A stretch of DNA of 63,381 bases, filler included, from Actinomycetota bacterium (GTDB lineage Bacteria > Actinomycetota > CADDZG01 > JAHWKV01 > JAOPZY01), in NCBI GenBank assembly GCA_025963875.1. It is 5 parts of 5 records of this genome, joined end to end, with 100 filler letters (N's around TTAATTAATTAA, not from the genome) between each part and the next. Parts side by side here need not be neighbours in the genome. Positions count along the whole stretch, not along the records: positions 1 to 29,570 come from JAOPZY010000152.1; 4 more parts are not named here. The stretch is one strand, 5' to 3'. The notes below the pieces were generated by a model. That model saw only the letters and a program-made list of their open reading frames with translations, did not search any database and was not told the origin of the DNA. A program made the translations under genes and the position numbers. Of the stretch, positions 14,642 through 25,241 are shown in pieces; within the stretch, counting starts at the first letter, position 1, and every line of letters starts with the position of its first letter.

Positions 14642-16643
14642 GGGCTTTGAGCTCCCGCCGCAGGTCGGCGATCTCGTCCCGGAGCCGTCCCGCGTACTCG
14701 AACCGGAGCTCCTTGGCCGCCTCGTGCATCTCCTCCTCGAGCGACTGGATCAGCCGTGAGAGCTCGTCGCGGGGCATCATCGAGACTTCGGACTCGGTGC
14801 GGCGCTGGCTGCGCCCGCGGCCCCGTCCCTTCGGCGCGGCGGCGTCGGGGCTGAGCGAGAGGAGGATGTCGGAGACCTTCTTGCGGATGCTCTGGGGATC
14901 GATGCCCTGCTCGGCGTTGTGGCGCACCTGGATGGCCCGCCGGCGGTTGGTCTCGGAGATTGCCCGCTCCATGGAGTCGGTCACCATGTCGGCGTACATG
15001 ATCACCTGGCCCTCGACGTTGCGGGCGGCCCGGCCCATGGTCTGGATGAGCGACGTCTCCGAGCGGAGGAACCCCTCCTTGTCGGCGTCGAGGATCGCCA
15101 CGAGCGAGACCTCGGGCAGGTCCAGCCCCTCCCGCAGCAGGTTGATGCCGACCAGGACGTCGAACGTCCCGAGGCGCAGGTCGCGCAGCGTCTGGATGCG
15201 CTGGACGGTGTCGACGTCGGAGTGGAGGTAGCGGACCCGGATCCCCATCTCCACGAGGTAGTCCGTCAGGTCCTCGGCCATCTTCTTGGTGAGGGTCGTC
15301 ACCAGCGTGCGCTGATCCCGCTCCACCCGCCCCCGGATCTCGTGGATCAGGTCGTCGATCTGTCCCTTCGAGGGCCGGACGACGACCTCGGGGTCGACCA
15401 GGCCGGTCGGCCGGACGATCTGCTCGACGATCTGCTTGGAGACCTGGAGCTCGTACGCGGACGGCGTGGCCGACAGGAAGATCAGCTGGGGCACCCGCTC
15501 GACGAACTCGTCGAAGCGCAGCGGGCGGTTGTCCATCGCCGAGGGGAGGCGGAAGCCGTGCTCGACGAGGGTCTCCTTCCGGCTCCGGTCGCCCTCGTAC
15601 TGACCGTGGAGCTGCGGCACCGCCACGTGGGACTCGTCGATGACCACGAGGAAGTCGTCGGGGAAATAGTCGATCAGCGTCGAGGGGGCCGAGCCGGCCG
15701 CCCGCCCGTCGATGTGGCGGGAGTAGTTCTCGATCCCGTTGCAGAAGCCCACCTGGCGCAGCATCTCGAGGTCGTAGTCCGTGCGCATCCGGAGGCGCTG
15801 GGCCTCGAGGAGCTTGCCCTCGGACTCCAGCACCTTGAGCCGGTCGGCGAGCTCGGCCTCGATGCCCACCATGGCCCGGGTCATCCGGTCGTTGGAGGCG
15901 ACGTAGTGCGACGCGGGGAACACCACCAGCTCCTCCAGCTCACCGAGGACCTCGCCGGTGAGCGGGTCGATGCGGACGAGTCGCTCCACGGTGTCGCCGA
16001 ACAGCTCGACCCGGAAGGCGCTCTCCTCGTAGGCCGGGAGGATGTCGATGGTGTCGCCCCGCACCCGGAACTTGCCCCGGGCGAAGCTGTACTCGTTCCG
16101 CTCGTAGGCCATGTCGACGAGGCGGGCCAGGATCGCCCGCTGCTCGTAGTCGACCCCCACCCTCAGCCGGAGCAGGTGGGCCTCGTACTCCTCCGGCGAC
16201 CCCAGGCCGTAGATACAGGAGACGCTGGCGACGATGATCACATCGCGGCGGGACAGGAGGGCCGACGTGGCGGCATGCCGGAGGCGGTCGATCTCGTCGT
16301 TGATCGACGAGTCCTTCTCGATGTAGGTGTCGCTGGAGGGGATGTAGGCCTCCGGCTGGTAGTAGTCGTAGTAGGAGACGAAGTACTCGACGGCATTGTT
16401 CGGGAAGAACTCCCGGAACTCGTTCGCCAGCTGCGCCGCCAGCGACTTGTTCGGGGCGAGGACGAGCGTGGGGCGCTGGACCGCCTCGATGACGCCGGCG
16501 ATAGTGAAGCTCTTGCCGGAGCCGGTGATGCCGAGCAGGGTCTGGCGGTCGTCGCCGCGCAGCACCCCCTCCGCAAGCTTGGCGGTGGCGGCCGGCTGAT
16601 CCCCGGCAGGAGCGAAATCGGAAACGAGCTTGAACGCGCTCAC
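14634..16643 (-). CDS. uvrB: Excinuclease ABC subunit B
   Basis: [38 protein letters not shown] domain; GTG start 7 nt after TACACT. Confidence 0.98.
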   Translation of the reverse strand: MSAFKLVSDFAPAGDQPAATAKLAEGVLRGDDRQTLLGITGSGKSFTIAGVIEAVQRPTLVLAPNKSLAAQLANEFREFFPNNAVEYFVSYYDYYQPEAYIPSSDTYIEKDSSINDEIDRLRHAATSALLSRRDVIIVASVSCIYGLGSPEEYEAHLLRLRVGVDYEQRAILARLVDMAYERNEYSFARGKFRVRGDTIDILPAYEESAFRVELFGDTVERLVRIDPLTGEVLGELEELVVFPASHYVASNDRMTRAMVGIEAELADRLKVLESEGKLLEAQRLRMRTDYDLEMLRQVGFCNGIENYSRHIDGRAAGSAPSTLIDYFPDDFLVVIDESHVAVPQLHGQYEGDRSRKETLVEHGFRLPSAMDNRPLRFDEFVERVPQLIFLSATPSAYELQVSKQIVEQIVRPTGLVDPEVVVRPSKGQIDDLIHEIRGRVERDQRTLVTTLTKKMAEDLTDYLVEMGIRVRYLHSDVDTVQRIQTLRDLRLGTFDVLVGINLLREGLDLPEVSLVAILDADKEGFLRSETSLIQTMGRAARNVEGQVIMYADMVTDSMERAISETNRRRAIQVRHNAEQGIDPQSIRKKVSDILLSLSPDAAAPKGRGRGRSQRRTESEVSMMPRDELSRLIQSLEEEMHEAAKELRFEYAGRLRDEIADLRRELKALV

Positions 16644-16672
16644 GGGCCCCAGTGTACGCGGCCCTGAACGGC

Positions 16673-16698
16673 CACCGGGGGGCCGAAGCCCCCCGGTG
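16673..16698 (-). terminator. GC-rich hairpin with cUUCGg loop
   Basis: Minus strand CACCGGGGGGC-TTCG-GCCCCCCGGTG after the secreted-protein gene. Confidence 0.65.
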
Positions 16699-16735
16699 AT
16701 CCCCCCGGTTGTCAACGGTGGTGCCCGATGCAGTC

Positions 16736-17851
16736 TTAGTGGTGGTGGCCCATCCAGGAGGAAGCGAACGAGGCCCAGCCCGCCGCCTCGTTTCCGAGGT
16801 TGAGGCCGGCGTCGAGGAGCTTGTGCACCAGATCCGTGATCGTCGGCGTCAGGCTCGCGAGGATCGTGTTGGCCTGCGCCGGAGTCAGCAGACCGGCGCT
16901 CAGGGCGGAGTTGACAGCCGCCGTCGCCATGGAGACCAGGTCGGAGATGAGCGCCTGCGGGTCCACGGTCGCACCGGTACCGGCCTGGCTCCCGGCGCCG
17001 GCGGAGACGTTGGCGAGGTGGCCGAAGCTCCCGAACATGTTGCTGAAGAAGCTGCTGAAGTTGCCGGCGGCACTCCCCATCTCGGTGAGCTTCGGCAGGT
17101 CGCCCATGTTCCCAAGGTTTGCGAACTTGCCGAGATCTGGCAGCTTCTCGAGGTTTGCAAGGTTGCCCAGGTTGGCGAAGTTGCCAAAGCTTGCCAGGTC
17201 ACCGAGGCTCCCGAGGCTCACCGGCAGCTTGGATCCCGCCCCCAACCCCTCGTCGATGTCGCGGAAGCTGTGGTTGACCACGTCCGTGACGAGGCTGGGC
17301 AGCATGGCCATGATCTTGTCGGCCTGGGCCCGGGCCAGCATGCCGAGGGTGACGGCGGTGTTGATCTTGTTGGTGGCGTCGTTCACCACCGTGGCGATCA
17401 GCTTGGCAGGGTCGACCCCGGCCGAGGTGGCAATCTGGGCCAGGGTCTGGCCGTCGGCGAGGGCGGCCTTGAGGTTCGACAGCGCCATGTGGAGAGCAGA
17501 CGCCACGACGGCAAGCTCGCCGCCCGTACCGTCGGTCCCGGCGCTCCCTGCGACCTTCGTGTTGACGGAGGCCGGGGTCGGGACAGTCGCATGCACGATC
17601 GATGCAACCGGCGCGACGGCCGCAGCGATCGCGGGTGCGGCAACGGGGGCCGGGGCGGGGGCGGCCTGAACGGGGGCGGCGATCGCCGGGGCCCCAGCCG
17701 CTGCGGCCGCAGCGGCGATCGATACGGTCGGGGTCGTCGAGGCCAGGCGTTCCCCCGAGTGGGCTGTGATGGGCACGCCGAGGACCAGACCTGCGGCGGC
17801 GCCGGTAAGGAGGGAGGTTGCGACGGTTCCTGCGAGAATGACTCTGCGCAT
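16736..17851 (-). CDS. Secreted Ala-rich protein with internal tripeptide-periodic repeat
   Basis: Signal peptide, Ala/Pro linker, [11 protein letters not shown] and G.LT..QA helical repeats; GGAAG RBS. Confidence 0.75.
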   Translation of the reverse strand: MRRVILAGTVATSLLTGAAAGLVLGVPITAHSGERLASTTPTVSIAAAAAAAGAPAIAAPVQAAPAPAPVAAPAIAAAVAPVASIVHATVPTPASVNTKVAGSAGTDGTGGELAVVASALHMALSNLKAALADGQTLAQIATSAGVDPAKLIATVVNDATNKINTAVTLGMLARAQADKIMAMLPSLVTDVVNHSFRDIDEGLGAGSKLPVSLGSLGDLASFGNFANLGNLANLEKLPDLGKFANLGNMGDLPKLTEMGSAAGNFSSFFSNMFGSFGHLANVSAGAGSQAGTGATVDPQALISDLVSMATAAVNSALSAGLLTPAQANTILASLTPTITDLVHKLLDAGLNLGNEAAGWASFASSWMGHHH

Positions 17852-17991
17852 CCAATCTTCCTTCCGTTCTACGGCCCTCGGGAGCGGCGCTTTGTGGTCC
17901 CACCTGCGCCGGCGGCCGGTTACTGGGTTACCGACGGGAGGTCCGGAAGGGGTACGGGTTCAGTTCGCCTGTTTTTCGAGGGTTCCAGGCA

Positions 17992-18040
17992 GAAGTCCGC
18001 AACCTTTCCCGTGTGGAACACGGTTTTCGTTGCGGACTTC
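17992..18040. repeat. REP-like palindromic element
   Basis: GAAGTCCGCAAC...CCGTGT-GGA-ACACGG...GTTGCGGACTTC. Confidence 0.65.
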
Positions 18041-18054
18041 CTGGCTTTCTGCGG

Positions 18055-18771
18055 CTACGCGGCCCCCAGGATGGGGAGCAGGTCGGTCAGCGTCCGGACC
18101 CGGAGGCCTTCGAAATCCTGGTAGCGGCCGGGCCGGTCGATGAGGACCCCCGTCATGCCCAGTTCGGCTGCCGCCTGGATGTCGAGGCGGGGGTGGTCGC
18201 CGACGAACACCGCCTCCTCGGGCGATACGCCGCTGCGCTCCAGAGCGAGGCGGAAGATGGCCGGGTTCGGCTTCTCCACCCCCTCCTTGCCCGAGATGAC
18301 CATGAAGGCGAAGAAGGGGGCGACCTCCATCTCGATCAGCAACCCCTCGAGCCAGTCCTCGAAGTTGGAGACGACTCCGAGGGTCAGGCCCGCGGCCCGG
18401 CATGCGGTCAGCGTCGGGATGACGTCCGGGAACAGGCGGTACGACTCGTAGCTGGTGAACCTCGCGTAGAGGACGTCGAAGACCGCCCCGGACGAGTCGT
18501 CGATCCCCCAGTGCGCCAGCATGGCGCCGTAGAGGCCGCGCCAGAACCGCCGGGACTCCTCCCGGGACGTCGACCAGGTCGTCTTGGTCTGCCCGATGGC
18601 CTCGCTGACGCTGGGAGCGACCGTCGCCAGGGCCTTCTCGACGTCGTCGGGCGTCACCTCGTAGCCGAGGCCCCCCATGATCTCGGAGAACAGTTCGTTG
18701 AACGACGGATGGGGCGCCAGCAGCGTCTCGCCGACGTCGAAGAACACCGCACGGTACGGAAGCCCGGACAT
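18055..18771 (-). CDS. HAD-IA family hydrolase
   Basis: FFDVGETL, VVSN, EKPNP, FVGD. Confidence 0.92.
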   Translation of the reverse strand: MSGLPYRAVFFDVGETLLAPHPSFNELFSEIMGGLGYEVTPDDVEKALATVAPSVSEAIGQTKTTWSTSREESRRFWRGLYGAMLAHWGIDDSSGAVFDVLYARFTSYESYRLFPDVIPTLTACRAAGLTLGVVSNFEDWLEGLLIEMEVAPFFAFMVISGKEGVEKPNPAIFRLALERSGVSPEEAVFVGDHPRLDIQAAAELGMTGVLIDRPGRYQDFEGLRVRTLTDLLPILGAA

Positions 18772-18780
18772 GGTCGCAGC

Positions 18781-19410
18781 CTAGCGACCCTGACTGTCCG
18801 CCGAGGAGCCGAACCGCCGAAGGAGCTCCGCCCAGAGGGTCTCGACGCCTGCCTCGAGATCCTCCGGGCTGCCGCGGTTGTCCAGGACGTAGTCGGCGGC
18901 CGCCAGCTTGCGCTCGGCCGGTGCCTGGGCGGCGATCACCGTGGCTGCCTCCTCCGCAGTCATGCTCCCCCGGGCCACCACCCGCTGGATCTGCTGGGAC
19001 TGCTCCGCGGCAACGACGACCAGGGCCTGCATCCCGATCCGGTCCCGGCCGCCCGTCTCCACCAGCAGCGGTGCGTCCACGACGACGACGGCGTCGGGCT
19101 CGAAGGAGCCACCGAGGCGGGATGCCATCTCGGCATAGATCAGGGGGTGCGTGATGGCTTCGAGGTCCCGGCGGGCGGCGGGGTCGGCGAACACGACCGA
19201 GCGCAGCGTGGGCCGGTCGATCCCGCCGCCGCTGCCGACGACGTCCGGCCCGAACCGCTCCGCCACGGCCGCCACCGCGGCACCGCCGGGCGCAAGGATC
19301 TCGTGGGCGATGCGGTCGGCATCCAGGATCACGGCGCCGCGAGCCTCAAGGAGGGCCGCGGCCGTGGATTTCCCGGAGCCGATCCCCCCGGACAGGCCGA
19401 TGAGGATCAC
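18781..19410 (-). CDS. coaE: Dephospho-CoA kinase
   Basis: GLSGGIGSGKST, DAD, LEAITHP, PLLVE. Confidence 0.96.
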   Translation of the reverse strand: MILIGLSGGIGSGKSTAAALLEARGAVILDADRIAHEILAPGGAAVAAVAERFGPDVVGSGGGIDRPTLRSVVFADPAARRDLEAITHPLIYAEMASRLGGSFEPDAVVVVDAPLLVETGGRDRIGMQALVVVAAEQSQQIQRVVARGSMTAEEAATVIAAQAPAERKLAAADYVLDNRGSPEDLEAGVETLWAELLRRFGSSADSQGR

Positions 19411-19423
19411 TGGCGAAACGCTG

Positions 19424-20932
19424 CTACCGCTCGAGGTCCCGCTTCATCTCCTGGAGGATCGACTCCAGCGACTCGCCGGACTGCTGCGAGACCGCCGACG
19501 CAAGCAGCTCGCCCTCGAGGGCAGGCTCGGGCTCGGAGGGCTCCGCTTCGGGCACCGGCTCCGCGGCTGCTGCCGCCGGTTCGGGCGTCAGCTCGGCGGG
19601 GGCCGGCTCGACCGCCACCTCGGGCTCGGATGCCGGAGCCGGGACGACGGGCTCCGGCGCGATGTCCGGCTCGGCGGCGATATCGGGCTCGGTCGTCGCG
19701 GGGGCGGCAATGGCCGCCGGGGCCGCGGTCGGCGCCGGGGCGGCGGGCGATGCCTCCTCCCGCTCGATCCCCGAGGTGGGCGCCGGCTGGCCGCCGAGCG
19801 CCTGCTTGATCGAGAGGCTGATGCGCCGGCGGTCGAGGTCGACGTCGATGACCTTCACCGACACCTCCTGGCCGAGGGCGACGACCTGCTCCGGCAGTTC
19901 GACGTGGCGCTCCGCGAGCTCGGAGATGTGGACCAGGCCCTCGATGCCCTCCGCGACCTTCACGAAGGCGCCGAAGGGCACCAGCTTGGTCACCGTGCCC
20001 TGGACGATGTCGCCGGGGTGGTTCTGGCGGGCGAAGGCTCGCCAGGGATCCTCCTGGGTGTTCTTCAGCGACAGCGAGACCCGCTCGCGGGTGAGGTCGA
20101 CGTCGAGCACCTCGACGGAGATCTCCTGGCCGACCTGCACGACCTCGCTGGGGTGGTCGACGTGGCGCCACGACAGCTCGGAGACGTGCACCAGGCCGTC
20201 CACGCCGCCGAGGTCGACGAAGGCGCCGAAGTTGACGATGGACGACACCGTGCCGGTGCGGATCTCCCCCGGCTTCAGGTTCTCGAGGAACTCCTTGCGC
20301 TGCTCGGAGTGGGCCTCCTCGAGGTAGGCACGGCGGGACAGCACCACGTTGTTGCGGTTCTTGTCGAGCTCGATGATCTTGCACTCGAGTTCGCGGCCGA
20401 CGTAGGGCGCCAGGTCGCGGACCCGGCGAAGCTCGACCAGGGATGCGGGCAGGAACCCCCGCAGGCCGATGTCGACGATGAGGCCGCCCTTGACGACCTC
20501 GATGACCGGCCCCTTGACGATGCCGCCTGCCTGCTTGATGGCCTCGATGTTGCCCCAGGCCCGCTCGTACTGGGCCCGCTTCTTGGAGAGGATCAGCCGG
20601 CCCTCTTTGTCCTCCTTCTGGAGGACGAGGGCCTCGACCCGGTCGCCCACGGAGACCACCCGGGAGGGGTCGACGTCCTGCTTGATCGACAGTTCGTGGG
20701 CGGGGATGACTCCCTCCGACTTGAAGCCGATGTCGACGAGCACCTCGTCCTTGTCGATCTTGACGACGGTGCCGGCGACGAGGTCCCCCTCGTCGAAGGG
20801 TTTGATGGTGGCGTCAATGGCCGCCATGAGCTCGGCATGCGAGATGCCGACGTCGTTGTCGGTGATGGATGAATCGTGGTCCGGCTGGGTGCCGGGTTCC
20901 GCGGGATCGTAGTTGAACGTACGGGTGGACAT
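19424..20932 (-). CDS. rpsA: 30S ribosomal protein S1 (four S1 domains, acidic Ala/Pro tail)
   Basis: DIGFKSEGVI, GFLPASLV, GLVHVSELSW, GLVHISEL; polA-rpsA-coaE-uvrB synteny. Confidence 0.97.
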   Translation of the reverse strand: MSTRTFNYDPAEPGTQPDHDSSITDNDVGISHAELMAAIDATIKPFDEGDLVAGTVVKIDKDEVLVDIGFKSEGVIPAHELSIKQDVDPSRVVSVGDRVEALVLQKEDKEGRLILSKKRAQYERAWGNIEAIKQAGGIVKGPVIEVVKGGLIVDIGLRGFLPASLVELRRVRDLAPYVGRELECKIIELDKNRNNVVLSRRAYLEEAHSEQRKEFLENLKPGEIRTGTVSSIVNFGAFVDLGGVDGLVHVSELSWRHVDHPSEVVQVGQEISVEVLDVDLTRERVSLSLKNTQEDPWRAFARQNHPGDIVQGTVTKLVPFGAFVKVAEGIEGLVHISELAERHVELPEQVVALGQEVSVKVIDVDLDRRRISLSIKQALGGQPAPTSGIEREEASPAAPAPTAAPAAIAAPATTEPDIAAEPDIAPEPVVPAPASEPEVAVEPAPAELTPEPAAAAAEPVPEAEPSEPEPALEGELLASAVSQQSGESLESILQEMKRDLER

Positions 20933-21063
20933 TGAAGACTCCTTATTGCCCCTTGGTATGGGCCGTGGGGCGGGGAACTCTTCCCGCGCGTATACGCGTG
21001 GAAAGGCGGCGCCAGTCTAGCACGGTCCAGTACCCCTCTATTTCCCTAAACGAGGAATAGGGA

Positions 21064-21720
21064 CTAGGAATGAGAGCTGGGCGCCGGGGATGCGGGCTTC
21101 AGGATCGGCAGGCTGTCGTGCGGTGCGATCGGTCCGTCGACCACCGCCCCCGTCTCGGGCACGAACCTGATCCCCCGGTCGGGCACGACGCCCTGCTGAC
21201 GGTAGAGATCGGCAACGTTCTGAGGCGGCTGCCACGGGCCGTCGAGGTAGCAGACGGCCACCTTCACGTCGGGCGTCAGCTCGTGCAGCGGCGAGGTCAC
21301 CGACCCCTGGGAGAGGGCGTCCTCCCACGCGGCCGCCGTCCCGGCAGTGGTCTGGAAGGCGGCGATGAGCGTGAAGCCGCTCTGCTGGACGTCGGGGCGG
21401 CTGCAGGAAGCCTTCGCAAAATCGCTGTCGATGATCGGACCGCCGGCGGCAGGAGGCGAAGCCGCGATCCCGGGGAGTGAGGGACTGAGCACGTCGCTCG
21501 AGGACCCCGGGGCCTTGGTCTTGACCGACCTGTTCGAAGACCGCAGCACCAGCGACAGGGCGACCAGGCAGGCGAAGACGAACACGTAGACGAAGATGCG
21601 CCACGGGGACTTCCGCGGCGTTGCCGGAGAGGGCCCGGGGGCTGTGCGGCGGCCGGATACCGAAGGCCGGACCGGGTGGGGCCCGAGGTTCTTGTCCAGC
21701 GACGTCTCCGTCTCGTCCAT
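21064..21720 (-). CDS. Hypothetical single-pass membrane protein
   Basis: TM WRIFVYVFVFACLVALSLVL, then an extracellular domain with two Cys. Confidence 0.6.
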   Translation of the reverse strand: MDETETSLDKNLGPHPVRPSVSGRRTAPGPSPATPRKSPWRIFVYVFVFACLVALSLVLRSSNRSVKTKAPGSSSDVLSPSLPGIAASPPAAGGPIIDSDFAKASCSRPDVQQSGFTLIAAFQTTAGTAAAWEDALSQGSVTSPLHELTPDVKVAVCYLDGPWQPPQNVADLYRQQGVVPDRGIRFVPETGAVVDGPIAPHDSLPILKPASPAPSSHS

Positions 21721-21725
21721 GCTCG

Positions 21726-24467
21726 TCAGCTCTTGGCGTCGGCCCAGTTGCGGCCCCATGCCAGATCGACCTTCAGGGGCACCCGTAGGTCCAGCACCCC
21801 TTCCATCACCGTACGCATCTCCTCGGCCACAGCCTCGACCTCGGTCTCCGGCACCTCGAAGACGAGCTCGTCGTGTACCGTGAGGACCATACGCCCCGGC
21901 CGGCCCTCGAGGGCTTCATCGGCCTTCACCATCGCCAGCTTGATGATGTCGGCTGCCGAGCCCTGGATCGGGGCGTTGAGCGCCATGCGCTCTGCGTTGC
22001 TACGGATCGCCGGGTTGCGGGCATTGAGGTCGGGCAGGTACCGGCGGCGGCCGAGGATCGTGGTCGTGTAGCCCTCCAGCTTCGCCTGCGCAACGACGGC
22101 GTCCAGGTAGTCCCGGACCCTCGGGTACGAGGCGAAGAAGCCCTCGATGTAGATCCGGGCCTGGTCCATCGGGATGTGGAGCCGCTGGGCCAGGCCGAAC
22201 GGCCCCATGCCGTAGGTGACCCCGTAGCTCACCATCTTCCCGATGGAGCGCAGCTCGCCGGTCACGGCCTCGAGCGGGATGCCGAGGGCCTTCGAGATCG
22301 AGTGGCGGTGGATGTCCTCGCCCCGGGCGAAGGCCGAGACCAGCTCGGGGTCCTCGGAGAGGTGGGCGAGCACCCGCAGCTCGATCTGGGAGTAATCGGC
22401 GACCACGAGCAGGTTGCCCGGCTCGGGGACGAACGCTCGCCGGATCCGCCTGCCGTCCTCCGTGCGGATAGGGATGTTCTGCAAGTTCGGCGAGTCGGAC
22501 GACAGCCTGCCCGTCGAGGCGACGGTCTGGTTGAAGCGGCAGTGCAGCCGGCCGGTCGTGGCGTCCACCAGCGGGGGCAGGGCGTCGAGATAGGTCGACT
22601 TGAGCTTGGACCGCTCCCGGTACCGGAGGATGGCGTCGACGATGGGGTGCTCCTCCCGCAGCGACTCCAGCACGCTGGCATCGGTGGAGAACCCGGTCTT
22701 CGTTCGCTTGGTGGGCTTCAGGGCGAGCTTCTCGTACAGGATCCGGCGAAGCTGCGGCGGCGAGCCGATGTTGAACGGCTCGCCTGCGTGGTTGTAGATC
22801 TCGTGCTCGATGGTCCTGAGCTCGTCGCCCACCGCCTCCGAGAGCTCGGCGAGATAGTCGGTGTCGAGCCTCACCCCCGCCCGCTCCACCCGGGCGAGCA
22901 CCGCGGCCAGGGGTAGCTCCAGGTCGACCAGCAGGTCCCAGGCCCCCCGTTCCACGAGCTCCTTCTCCAGCAGGGTCGCCAGCTCCGAGACCGCCACCAC
23001 CTCGGCGCCGAGGGCGAGGTCGGCGCCGGCTCCTTCGTCCGCGGGACCTCCGGCGGCATCGAGCAGGAGCGCCTGCTGGCCCTCGACCGGCTCGGCCTCG
23101 AGGCGCAGCTCCCGGCCGAGGTACTGCGCCACCAGTTCGTCGAGGGGGTAGGACCCGCGGGCGGGATCGACGAGGTAGGCGGCGATCTCGGTGTCCATGG
23201 CGATGCCCGCCGGCTTGAGGTCCGCCGCCGCCAGCCGCAGCAGCGCGTCCTTCGAGGCGTGCGTGGCGAGGCGGGCCGAGGCAAGGGGCTCCCGGATGGC
23301 CGCCCAGACCGCCTCGGGATCGCTGCCCAGGTTCTCCAGGCGGGCCACCCGTGCGCCGGCCCTCGCTCCACCGGGCACACCCACGGCCAGGGAGGTGGGG
23401 GCCGAGCGCGGGTGGGACTTCTCCCCCGCCACGCGCATCGTGACGACACCCGACCGGGCCGCCTCCCGGAACGCCGCCTCCAGCTCGGCGATGCCGGTGA
23501 CCTCCGCCGCCTCGGCGGACAGCCCTCCCTGGGGGGCGGCAGCCGGCAGGTCGGTGCCGAGGCGCTCGTAGAGCGTGCGGAACTCCAGGGAATCGAAGAG
23601 CCGGCGGACCTCGGCCGCATCCCAGCGGCCCATCTGCAGGTCCTTGGCCGACACGTCCAGGATCTCGACCGGCGCCCCGTGGGCGGCGAGCTCCTCCCGG
23701 CTGCGGAAGCGGAAGAACTCCCGGTTCTCGAGCAGTCGCGTCTGGGCCTCCCCGAGGCGCTCCCGGTTCTTCGGCGGAAGCTCGTCGAGGTGCTCGAAGA
23801 TGGCCTCGAGGGTACCGTAGGTCTGGACGAGCTTGGCGGCCGTCTTCTCGCCTATCCCCGGCACGCCTTCGATGTTGTCGGAGGGGTCCCCCCGCAGTGC
23901 CGCATAGTCGAGGTAGCGCTCGGGGCCGAAACCGTACCGCTGGCGGACGGCAGCCTCGTCGTACGTGACCGTGTCCGAGATGCCCCTTCGGTTCATCACG
24001 ACCCGCACCCTCGGTCCGACCATCTGGAAGAAGTCACGGTCGGCGGTGACGACCACCGCCGTGGCCCCCTCGGCGGCGAGCTGGGAACCCAGCACGTGGA
24101 TGATGTCGTCGGCCTCGACGTTGTCCATCTCGAACACCGGCACCTGCAGCACCTTGAGGACCTCGCGGATGAGCCCGACCTGCTGGCGGAACTCGTCCGG
24201 CGGCGTCTGGCGCTGGGCCTTGTACTCCGGGCGGATCGCCAGGCGCTCCAGAGGCGCTCCGCGGTCGAAGGCCACGGCCAGGTACCGGCTCTTCGCGTCC
24301 TGCCAGGCCTTGATCAGCATCGAGGTGAACCCGTACACCGCGTTGGTGGGCTGGCCGCTGGTCGTGCGCAGGTCCGCCTCCGCCAGGGCGAAGAAGGCAC
24401 GGTACGCCAGGGAGTGCCCGTCGAGGAGGAGGACAGTGGGAGCTGAGGTCTTGGAGGAAGGAGGCAT
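21726..24467 (-). CDS. polA: DNA polymerase I
   Basis: LLDGHSLAYRAF, GDPSDNI, ADYSQIELRVLAH, NAPIQGSAAD, VHDEL. Confidence 0.98.
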   Translation of the reverse strand: MPPSSKTSAPTVLLLDGHSLAYRAFFALAEADLRTTSGQPTNAVYGFTSMLIKAWQDAKSRYLAVAFDRGAPLERLAIRPEYKAQRQTPPDEFRQQVGLIREVLKVLQVPVFEMDNVEADDIIHVLGSQLAAEGATAVVVTADRDFFQMVGPRVRVVMNRRGISDTVTYDEAAVRQRYGFGPERYLDYAALRGDPSDNIEGVPGIGEKTAAKLVQTYGTLEAIFEHLDELPPKNRERLGEAQTRLLENREFFRFRSREELAAHGAPVEILDVSAKDLQMGRWDAAEVRRLFDSLEFRTLYERLGTDLPAAAPQGGLSAEAAEVTGIAELEAAFREAARSGVVTMRVAGEKSHPRSAPTSLAVGVPGGARAGARVARLENLGSDPEAVWAAIREPLASARLATHASKDALLRLAAADLKPAGIAMDTEIAAYLVDPARGSYPLDELVAQYLGRELRLEAEPVEGQQALLLDAAGGPADEGAGADLALGAEVVAVSELATLLEKELVERGAWDLLVDLELPLAAVLARVERAGVRLDTDYLAELSEAVGDELRTIEHEIYNHAGEPFNIGSPPQLRRILYEKLALKPTKRTKTGFSTDASVLESLREEHPIVDAILRYRERSKLKSTYLDALPPLVDATTGRLHCRFNQTVASTGRLSSDSPNLQNIPIRTEDGRRIRRAFVPEPGNLLVVADYSQIELRVLAHLSEDPELVSAFARGEDIHRHSISKALGIPLEAVTGELRSIGKMVSYGVTYGMGPFGLAQRLHIPMDQARIYIEGFFASYPRVRDYLDAVVAQAKLEGYTTTILGRRRYLPDLNARNPAIRSNAERMALNAPIQGSAADIIKLAMVKADEALEGRPGRMVLTVHDELVFEVPETEVEAVAEEMRTVMEGVLDLRVPLKVDLAWGRNWADAKS

Positions 24468-24533
24468 CCGCTGAAATATAGTAGGGCAGTCGGGCTGGGC
24501 GGCTAGAGCCCCGGCCCCCGCTGAGAGGGCCCC

Positions 24534-25241
24534 ATGAAGGAGAAGCCCATCCCGGTCCAGGTCCCCCAGGGAGCGCAGGACTACCTCGAAGCCATCTACG
24601 AGATGGAGGAAGAGGGCGGCCGCATCGCCCAGGCCCGGATCGCCAAGCGACTGGGCGTCTCGGCTCCCGCCGTCTCCGAGCAGGTCCGCAGGCTGAGCAG
24701 GGCCGGGCTGGTATCCGTGGCCGACCGGGACATCACCCTGAGCGAGGAGGGCCGGGATGTGGCAACCCCGCTCGTCCGGCGCCACCGCCTCGCCGAGCGC
24801 CTGCTGGTGGACATCCTGGAGATCCCGTGGCACCGAGCCCACGAGGAGGCGCACGCTTGGGAGCACGTCATCTCCCCCGAGGTCGAGGAGCGGATCCTCA
24901 GCAAGACCGGTGCCACCACCTGCCCCCACGGCAACCCGATCCCCGGCCTTGAGCCGCCCTACGACCGAAGCAAGCTCGTCACCCTCGCCCAGCTCAAGGT
25001 CGGCGAGCGGGGACGGCTCAGCCTCCTCACCGAGGACGTCGAACTCGTGACCGACGTCCTCGCCTATTTCGAGGAGAAGAAGCTGATGCCGGGGGCCATG
25101 GTGGAGGTGACGGGCATCGGCCCGGACGGCACCCTCACCCTGAACGTGGATGGGACGAGCGCCTCGCTCGGCTCCAACCTTGCCGACAACCTCTGGATCC
25201 TCCCGGAAACGGCGCTCAACGAGGCCGAAGGCCCGCCGTGA
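24534..25241 (+). CDS. DtxR/IdeR/MntR family metal-dependent repressor
   Basis: QDYLEAIY, RRHRLAERLL, HEEAHAWEH, CPHGNPIP, FeoA-like C-terminus. Confidence 0.93.
   Translation: MKEKPIPVQVPQGAQDYLEAIYEMEEEGGRIAQARIAKRLGVSAPAVSEQVRRLSRAGLVSVADRDITLSEEGRDVATPLVRRHRLAERLLVDILEIPWHRAHEEAHAWEHVISPEVEERILSKTGATTCPHGNPIPGLEPPYDRSKLVTLAQLKVGERGRLSLLTEDVELVTDVLAYFEEKKLMPGAMVEVTGIGPDGTLTLNVDGTSASLGSNLADNLWILPETALNEAEGPP

Noticed and set aside
16700..16735. RecA-independent (TTGTC...) or LexA DNA-damage promoter for uvrB
   Set aside because: The TTGTCA lies on the wrong strand and lacks a matching -10; I saw no convincing GAAC-n4-GTTC box before the uvr genes
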